A stretch of DNA of 6,103 bases from Octopus sinensis. Its lineage: Eukaryota. Position numbers and translations under genes: made by a program. The stretch's first letter is position 1. Each line of letters begins with the position of its first letter. Positions 1 to 5,537 of the stretch are shown here, piece by piece. The DNA lies in contig NW_021829580.1 in the NCBI RefSeq assembly GCF_006345805.1, positions 1-6,103 of the forward strand. Reading direction: 5' to 3'. Under the pieces are notes generated by a model that saw only the letters and a program-made list of their open reading frames with translations, had not been told where the DNA came from and searched no databases.

Positions 1-309
1 CGCCTTACTACTTAATTTACCATCACAGATAGCAGCTGAAGTTGCTACTAGCAATGCCACGGAAATTAACGGAAATTACCACGTGTTCTTGCAGGAAAAA
101 GAAAAGTACACTATGAACGTTTATTTTATTAATAATTTTATTAATTTTTTTTCTCGACGTATTTCATTTAAGTACATATTTTTGACAAGGTTTATAAACA
201 ACCGAAACATGTAAAATAAAAACATTTTTTTAATGTATTTATATAAAGAAATTTAAATGTACCTAATTTTTAAAATGTAGTATTTTCGTTCTTCTTTTTC
301 ATAAATATC

Positions 310-437
310 TACTTACGCAGGTTCTATTTTGCCAAACCGCCAAGGTGTGATGTAACCAAAGCAACACCGGGTGTCAAGCGATGGTGAGTGTGAAACAAGC
401 GCATACACATGCATACACATTTACGCACAACCACACA
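310..437 (-). mobile_element. Old, diverged tRNA-derived SINE (family A), 3' part
   Basis: TTTTGCCAAACCGC...CACCGGGTGTCAAGCGATGGTG...AAACA followed by a CA-rich tract aligns by eye with 4195-4280 (TTTTGCCGGACCGC...CATCGGTTGTCAAGCGATGGTG...AAACA) of the younger copy. Confidence 0.75.
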
Positions 438-553
438 GAGACGAACACCAACATTTCATTTGGTATACTTGGACAATTGTGAAAATCTCTTCGCATGGAA
501 CCATTGGTTGCCTTGTTAATCTTTAAGTAAAATATGCGTCAAACAGAAAAAAG

Positions 554-581
554 GTGTGTGTGTGTGTGTGTGTGGTGTGTG
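554..581. repeat. (GT)n microsatellite
   Basis: About 13 GT units with one interruption. Confidence 0.95.
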
Positions 582-668
582 ATACATAAATTAATAAACG
601 AGACGTGGTGAAAGAAGAAAAACAACCAACAGTGTATTAGGTCGATGCTGAGGAAAATTGGAAGAAAT

Positions 669-704
669 CTTTATCGCTTCGAGCCTATGCTCTTCTACGG
701 AAAG
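669..704 (-). ncRNA. Decayed minimal hammerhead-like motif (probably inactive)
   Basis: Minus strand reads CUUU-CCGUAGA-A-GAGC AUAG GCUC-GAAG-CG-AU-AAAG. Helix I (CUUU/AAAG) and helix II (GAGC/GCUC) have hammerhead geometry, but the core deviates from CUGANGA/GAAA/UH at about 4 positions. Confidence 0.3.
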
Positions 705-770
705 GAAAGATAAGAAGAGAAAAAAATAGATACAAATGAACAAGTGAAACGAATGGCAGACATATTTACT

Positions 771-927
771 ACAGGTTCCACACCAAATTCATTCACTGTG
801 TCATCAGACGGTCCGGCGGAGCTACAGTAGTAGGCATTTGCCTAGAGTGCCGTGCAGTGGGACTAAATCCGAAACCATATGGTTGCAAATGGCGCTTCTC
901 AACCACACGGCCGTGCATGCATACGCC
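771..927 (-). mobile_element. Old, diverged tRNA-derived SINE (family A), 5' part including head
   Basis: CCAAATTCATTCAC...GCTACAGTAGTAGGCATTTGCCTAGAGTGCCGTGCAGTGGGACTAAATCCGAAACCATATGGTTG...GCTTCTCAACCACACGGCC matches 4318-4431 plus 5330-5351. Probably the same copy as 310-437, split by about 330 bp of insertions in its central microsatellite. Confidence 0.8.
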
Positions 928-1371
928 TATTACAGTCTCCGTCAACACGGTTTCATTTCGTAAAGTCTAGGGGGTGACCCGAGCCCTAGAAAAGAAAGAA
1001 AAGCGAAAAAATTTCCCCACAAAATGGAACGAGGGACCGCATGGTGATTGCGAAGTGAATATGTTAGGGCAAGTGAATATGTTAGGGAAACCATCCAGGC
1101 AAGACAGAGTGCTGGGGATAAAACCCCTAATGCTGGTGCCCCAGTGTGGGCGCAATCCACAGCCTGAATGGCATGTGCTGGCATATGGGTGTAGCCGGTA
1201 GTTGAGCGTTGTTTGGAAAGGCTAAATCTGAAGTAGGTTTGTGACGAGGACACGAATATAAACGGCAACAAAACCAATTAAACTCACTAATCTGTTGATA
1301 AGAGAGACGGAGTCGGATTTATCACATATTGAGGTCATTTGCACAAAGCGTTATAAAATACTCACAGCGAG

Positions 1372-1485
1372 TATATACACACACACACATATAGGCCATG
1401 TATATATATATGTATATATATATATATACTTTTGCGTGCGAGCGCACTGCTTATAAGCCACTCAAGTACACATATTTCTGGCGAA

Positions 1486-1529
<44 letters not shown>

Positions 1530-1736
1530 TCACACACTCACACACATACACATACACAGACTACATACGTATACTAGCTACAAACCACGCACACAAGACA
1601 CACATACATACACGTAATATCTCTTACAAGCCACACACATGCGTACTTGACATGTATATATTACTTACAGACCACACGCGCGCACACACGCACACGCACG
1701 CAAACACACGCACGCACACACAAACACATACGCACA
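1372..1736. repeat. Compound (CA)n/(TA)n/(CA-CG)n microsatellite region
   Basis: Tracts at about 1372-1428, 1487-1613 and 1672-1736. These generate the HT-rich ORFs. Confidence 0.9.
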
Positions 1737-1854
1737 TTTATCTGCGCCGTTTGGTTAAACTGCAAAACTTAATTTCATTTAAATTCTGGTTTCTGGCTTC
1801 GTACTCCTCTCCGGCGCTCTTCCCATCTTCATCTCCTCAAACGATCTTAATTGC

Positions 1855-1927
1855 CTCTCTTTCTCTTTCTCCCCACCTCTCTCTCTCTCTCTCTCTTGTG
1901 AGTATATATTTATATATATATATATAT
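1855..1927. repeat. (CT)n followed by (TA)n microsatellite
   Basis: Seen directly in the sequence. Confidence 0.9.
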
Positions 1928-2091
1928 GATAAAATAGGGTAATAATAAATTATTATTACCAGTGGCCTAGCACAAAAAACGAATTAGTCATTAGACTATA
2001 TATTATTCATATAGGAAAGCGTTGTGCTAGAGCACAAAAAAGGGATAAATTCTAGCACAACGCTTTCCTATTTGGAAGCCCCTTATTGTAT
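1928..2091. repeat. Short (TA)n-flanked element with two inverted repeats (possible Penelope-like terminal fragment, minus orientation)
   Basis: 11-bp perfect IR GGTAATAATAA-A-TTATTATTACC (1938-1960). 21-bp perfect IR ATAGGAAAGCGTTGTGCTAGA (2011-2031) / TCTAGCACAACGCTTTCCTAT (2051-2071) with a 19-nt spacer. The IRs are certain; the family assignment is inference. Confidence 0.6.
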
Positions 2092-2098
2092 TTCTATA

Positions 2099-2604
2099 TC
2101 TATATATATAAAACTCTAGTTGTGTGAGTGTCTGTCCCCTTCGATTTAGATTCCTAACTCCTCCCACATTTTGCGGTGCAGTTTAACCAAATTCGGGTAT
2201 CTTATAGTCGTGATTCATATCGAGCTCGCCTGACTATTAGCGCGCGTCAACGATGAGTCTACGATTTTAAAAATAATTTAACATCATTTTTTATTCCATT
2301 TTAATGCATAAAATGCATCGTGTGTCGATGGCGGCGGAGTTGGCGTCCACATTCACAGCTGCACCTGTTTTCTTCTCCCCCTTCCCTCCCTCGTGAAGCT
2401 TGTGGGAAGGGAGTGTAAAGAAATCAACGTCGTAAAGCGTTGTGAAGGAAACCAGCGTTCTTTTAGAACAACGACTTCATGGCTTGAAGATACCAAAACA
2501 AAAATGGCTAAGAAAGCCTGAATTTATAAGGGAAGTAACTCTCTAAAAATGCTTATATAGTTATTTCCCTTACAAACCCGAGCAACGCCGGGCGATACTG
2601 CTAG
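2099..2604 (+). mobile_element. Non-autonomous Helitron (rolling-circle transposon), 506 bp
   Basis: Starts TC (2099-2100, TCTATATATATAAAA) after A2098 and ends CTAG (2601-2604) before T2605, i.e. an A^T target. GC-rich subterminal hairpin CCCG-A-GC-AAC-GC-CGGG (2577-2592) lies 8 nt before CTAG. No ORF. An alternative start is TC at 2093. Confidence 0.88.
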
Positions 2605-2646
2605 TATATATATATATTTGGAAGCCTCTTATTGTATATATATATA

Positions 2647-2990
2647 TTTTGAGCTGACGAAAGAAATGTCGAATTGTATTTGGCTGATCTAGAAACGTAC
2701 GTTCTCAAATAATCTTTGCACTTGTGATTTTTTAATGTTTTTACCCCCATACCTTCGTGGGTTTTTTTTGAGTAAAACTATCTGAGAGAAATTTTCTTAA
2801 GTATTAGAAATGGTTAAAAAAAATTTTTTTGGCTGCTATTTCTAATGAGTTCAGTATGTGGCAAGTAATTTATTTTACTAACCCTTTATAAAATGTAATA
2901 TTTTGAATTCGCCTTAAATTGTCCCTTTACATACTGAATACTTGGTGAATTGATTAATAATTAATTAATTTTACCCTCAATTGTTGAAAT
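2647..2990 (+). mobile_element. Non-coding hammerhead-bearing repeat, likely a Penelope-like element terminal repeat or non-autonomous derivative
   Basis: About 345 bp of AT-rich, non-microsatellite sequence bounded on both sides by (TA)n and beginning with the hammerhead. Minimal hammerheads with palindromic helix III are an established feature of Penelope-like element pseudo-LTRs. Confidence 0.55.
2648..2709 (+). ncRNA. Type I hammerhead ribozyme (minimal helix III, Penelope/retrozyme-like)
   Basis: Helix I TTTGAG (2648-2653)/CTCAAA (2704-2709). Core CTGACGA (2654-2660). Imperfect helix II 2661-2691 (AGA/TCT and GTCGAAT/ATTTGGC around loop TGT). GAAA (2692-2695). Helix III AC-GTAC-GT is palindromic. 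Cleavage triplet GUU, predicted cut 3' of 2703. Confidence 0.8.
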
Positions 2991-3053
2991 TATATATATA
3001 TATATATATATATAATAGACAAATCCATACATATATATATATATATATATAGT

Positions 3054-3086
<33 letters not shown>

Positions 3087-3105
3087 TATATATACAAATC
3101 CATAC

Positions 3106-3186
<81 letters not shown>

Positions 3187-3195
3187 GTGTGTGTG
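2991..3195. repeat. Long interrupted (TA)n tract followed by (CA)n/(GT)n
   Basis: About 180 bp of TA repeat. The interruption ACAAATCCATACAT occurs twice (3019-3032 and 3094-3107). Confidence 0.95.
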
Positions 3196-3200
3196 AGTGA

Positions 3201-3301
3201 GGCGCAGGCGTGGTTGTGTGGTAAGAAGCTTGCTTGTCAACTACAAGGTTCCGTTCAGTCTCACTGCTTGGCATATATATATATATATATGTTGTGTGTG
3301 T

Positions 3302-3340
<39 letters not shown>

Positions 3341-3365
3341 GTATCTGTGCGATTTGCATATATAA

Positions 3366-3418
<53 letters not shown>

Positions 3419-3555
3419 GTGTGTGCTTGACCCCACCGCTTGACAATCGTTATTGACTTCTATGCATTCCTATAACAAAGCGATTCGGCACAAAGTCCGA
3501 CAGAATAAGCACAAGACTTTAAATATTGAGTACTTGGAATCGATTCGTTTGACAA
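3201..3555 (+). mobile_element. tRNA-derived SINE (family A), diverged, internally deleted, with expanded central (TA)/(GT) microsatellite
   Basis: Head GGCGCAGGCGTGGTTGTGTGGTAAGAAGCTTGCTT...GTTCAGTCTCACTGC (3201-3273) has A-box- and B-box-like motifs. Microsatellite at 3274-3425. Then CCCCACCGCTTGACAATCG...GCGATTCGGCA...AGAATAAG...TCGATTCGTTTGAC, matching the reverse complement of 4136-4270. Confidence 0.85.
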
Positions 3556-3711
3556 GACCAACGATTCTCAATCGGGATGTGGTGGTGGCGGGGGGGGGCA
3601 CATGATCCTTTGGCGTCCATATAAGATTGAGTTGCTAAAAAGGACCCGCAATAAATCGGATCTACTTCTGCAATACACAAATCTTTTAACAGTTCTTTCC
3701 TACATTCCTAA

Positions 3712-3845
3712 TCTTTTCTACTCTAAGCACAAGGCCCGACATTTTGAGGCGGGGGATGGGGAGTCGATTAGCTCGATCCCAGTACGCAACTGGTACTTAA
3801 TTTATCGATCCCCGAAAGGATGGAAGATAAAGTCGGCCTCAATTT
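3712..3845 (-). mobile_element. Headless SINE body (family B variant)
   Basis: AGTCGATTAGCTCGATCCCAGTACGCAACTGGTACTTAATTTATCGATCCCCGAAAGGATGGAAGATAAAGTCGGCCTC closely matches the units at 5547-6090, but the distal (3') segment differs. Confidence 0.85.
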
Positions 3846-3854
3846 AGAATGACG

Positions 3855-3927
3855 TGCCTCAGGTGAGGATCGAACTGACGACCTTCAGATTATGAGATTG
3901 ACGCGCTGCCTACTGCGCTGGGCGGAC
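3855..3927 (-). pseudogene. tRNA-Met (elongator, anticodon CAT) pseudogene
   Basis: Minus strand GTCCGCCC-AGCGCAGTAGGCAGCGCGTCAATCTCATAATCTGAAGGTCGTCAGTTCGATCCTCACCTGAGGCA. Positions 9-73 are nearly identical to eukaryotic elongator tRNA-Met (D stem GCGC/GCGC, anticodon loop CTCATAA, TTCGA T-loop). However, 4 of 7 acceptor pairs are broken, U8 is C, and there are A30:C40 and C51:C63 mismatches. Confidence 0.85.
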
Positions 3928-4076
3928 CCAAGGGATGGGGTCCTAAGGGAAACTTTCCCCGCTCAAGAAAAGAAGTGTGCCCTTCTAAATAATGTTATTA
4001 CGCCCTTTTTAACTGGAATTGTATTCCCTTCTGCACCAATTCGGAAAATTCTTGGGATCGCGCCTTTATTTTTCAT

Positions 4077-4431
4077 TTCTTCTTTTACTTATTTCAGTTA
4101 TTTTGACTGCAGCCATGCTGGAGCACCGCCTTTAGTCGAACAAATCGACCCCAGGACTAATTCTTTGTCAGCCTAGTACTTATTCCTTCGGTCACTTTTG
4201 CCGGACCGCTAAGTTACGTGGACGTAAACACACTAACATCGGTTGTCAAGCGATGGTGATGGGGGACAAACACATACATACATATATGATTGACGGGCTT
4301 CTTTCAGTTTCTGTCTGCCAAATCCACTCACAAGACTTTGGTCGGGTCGAGGCTGTCGTAGAAGACATTTGCCCAAGATGTCACGCTGTGGGACTGAACC
4401 CGGAACCAGGTGGTTGTGAAGCAAGCTTCTT
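4077..4431 (-). mobile_element. tRNA-derived SINE (family A), well-preserved copy; 5' head interrupted at 4431
   Basis: A-rich tail (plus-strand TTCTTCTTTTAC), body with GTCGA-ACAAA-TCGAC hairpin, short CA/TA tract, and B-box (minus GGTTCAGTCCC, about 4390-4400). The head continues at 5330-5351. Confidence 0.92.
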
Positions 4432-4495
4432 TATTTCATTAAATTGGCTATGCAAGCCTTACACAGATGAAGCTGCAGGCTGGACAAAGACATTA

Positions 4496-4526
4496 ATGAG
4501 ATGAGATGAGATGAGATGAATGATGA
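4496..4526. repeat. (ATGAG)n pentanucleotide repeat
   Basis: ATGAGATGAGATGAGATGAGATGAATGATGA. Confidence 0.9.
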
Positions 4527-4589
4527 ACAGGATGGTATTAATGAGAGAAGGCAACATTGTTCTTTTGTGAACTAACAATTTGGGGCAAT

Positions 4590-5083
4590 CATCATCATCA
4601 TTGTTCGACCGTGGTCGAGACAATGGAATTTACTATGCTACGCCAGACTTCACGGGCCATCATGGCATTACGGAGGTCCTGTTGCTGGATGCCTGTATCC
4701 CTGGAGATTACATCGGGGTAGGAGAGTGTGCGCCCTCTGGTATCGCGAGTAGATGGCTTCCAGAGGAGATGAGTAGAAATTGCCTCGTTTTCAGCTCTAC
4801 AACAATGTCCAGCAAACTGGACTCTCCAACCTTTCACAAGAGATGACACAGGTGGTAGTTTCTCATATATTTGCATTTTGGTTGGATGGCGCTTCCACGA
4901 GAGATTTTGAGCTCTCATAAGGAGGCGAGTGTAGGTTCCATCCAACCGCCTCTCAAGCTTCTTTGATAACGTCCAGGTTTCTGAGCCATATAGTAGAATT
5001 GGTTCGACTGTGACTTTGAATATTTCAAGTTTGAAGTCTCTACTTAGATTTGATGACCAGATCTTATGCATGTCATTACAGGG
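4590..5083 (-). mobile_element. 5'-truncated RTE-clade LINE
   Basis: (TGA)4 tail at 4589-4600. TSD ACAAT-TTGGGGCAAT (4575-4589) vs ACAATATTGGGGCAAT (5084-5099), with exact 10-bp core TTGGGGCAAT. Encodes an RTE C-terminal region. Confidence 0.92.
4598..5080 (-). pseudogene. C-terminal ~160 aa of an RTE-clade LINE endonuclease/reverse transcriptase ORF (post-RT region)
   Basis: Motifs KIW...KLEIF...V.PILLYGSETWTL, RLL.....SW, FAGH..R, LLWKP...RGR and REVWR are typical of RTE ORF C-termini. The frame is uninterrupted, but the first ~17 aa of the 4598..5131 ORF come from flanking DNA. Confidence 0.92.
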
Positions 5084-5090
5084 ACAATAT

Positions 5091-5261
5091 TGGGGCAATA
5101 AACCTCTTACCAATATTTCTTTGGGACTCAAGGTCCTTACAATGAGGCACTAAGCCTCTTACCTCAAATGACAACATGTCCTTGAAATGAGGAACTTGGC
5201 CTCTTACAATTTTTTCTCATGAGCTATATGTCCTTTCAATATGTGGCACTCATCCTCTTAC
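5091..5261. repeat. Degenerate tandem array, 4 units of 45-54 bp
   Basis: CCTCTTAC at 5103, 5155, 5200 and 5254; GTCCTT at 5133, 5178 and 5230. Unit core GTCCTT-N4-6-TG(A/T)GG(C/A)ACT-NNN-CCTCTTAC. Confidence 0.85.
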
Positions 5262-5313
5262 TTTTACAATTTTCCGTCCCGCCGGCACCCAACCCGGCAC
5301 GAAGTGCCACTCC

Positions 5314-5351
5314 GTGAAGCAAGCTTCTTACCATACAGCTACTGCTGCGCC
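5314..5351 (-). mobile_element. Displaced 5' end (A-box region) of the family A SINE at 4077-4431
   Basis: Minus strand GGCGCAGCAGTAGCTGTATGGTAAGAAGCTTGCTTCAC matches the head at 3201-3238. Confidence 0.9.
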
Positions 5352-5537
5352 TAATTAATAATTAATATTTGATTATAAAAATACAATGGGCTTTTTTAAA
5401 AAACTTCGAATGTCTGTAAGGGTCCAGTTCAGTAAAATAAGAATCAAAAAAGGTTTATGGTAGAGAAACATCTGACTAAACCCTTTAAGGGAGCATAATG
5501 AACAAGAACCCAGATCCACAAGGTTAACGGAGCAAAC

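Larger units (their letters stand above)
4432..5313 (-). mobile_element. Unidentified retroposon (about 370 bp: 4432-4589 plus 5100-5313) inserted into the SINE head and carrying a nested LINE fragment
   Basis: Flanked by an exact 16-bp direct repeat GTGAAGCAAGCTTCTT (4416-4431, 5314-5329). Removing it restores a continuous SINE head. The minus-strand end has hairpin GGCT-TGCAT-AGCC followed by AATTTAATGAAATA(AA). Strand is inferred from this end. Confidence 0.8.

Noticed and set aside
648-680. Plus-strand CTGAGGA...GAAA as a hammerhead
   Set aside because: No helix II pairing and no convincing helix I or III.
770-812. Minus-strand CTGATGA...CACA/TGTG...GAAC as a hammerhead
   Set aside because: GAAC instead of GAAA, no helix I or III partner, and it lies within a decayed SINE.
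1064-1087. TTAGGG twice as telomeric repeat
   Set aside because: Two non-adjacent hexamers produced by an 18-bp-period local duplication.
942-1277. Three short overlapping ORFs
   Set aside because: No recognisable motifs and no splice or homology support; lengths are compatible with chance.
1432-1942. ORFs 1432..1617 and 1652..1942
   Set aside because: HT/SL/IY dipeptide runs are translations of (CA)n, (CT)n and (TA)n microsatellites.
2961-3456. Five overlapping ORFs rich in YI, CV and HT
   Set aside because: Microsatellite translations within and around a SINE.
3855-3927. Functional tRNA-Met gene
   Set aside because: Acceptor stem is broken, U8 is lost, anticodon and T stems have mismatches, and there is no adjacent oligo-T terminator.
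3602-4846. ORFs 3602..3847, 3892..4176, 4233..4424, 4253..4504 and 4580..4846
   Set aside because: They run through SINEs or the tRNA pseudogene, or are antisense to the RTE ORF.
5081-5131. N-terminus (MSPKEILVRGLLPQYCP) of the 177-aa ORF as a real start
   Set aside because: It lies in the TSD and flanking host element, beyond the LINE 5' truncation point, so it is a fortuitous in-frame extension.
5091-5261. CRISPR array or iron-responsive elements
   Set aside because: Eukaryotic context, degenerate repeats, short irregular linkers and no cas genes. The loops lack the CAGUGN IRE consensus.
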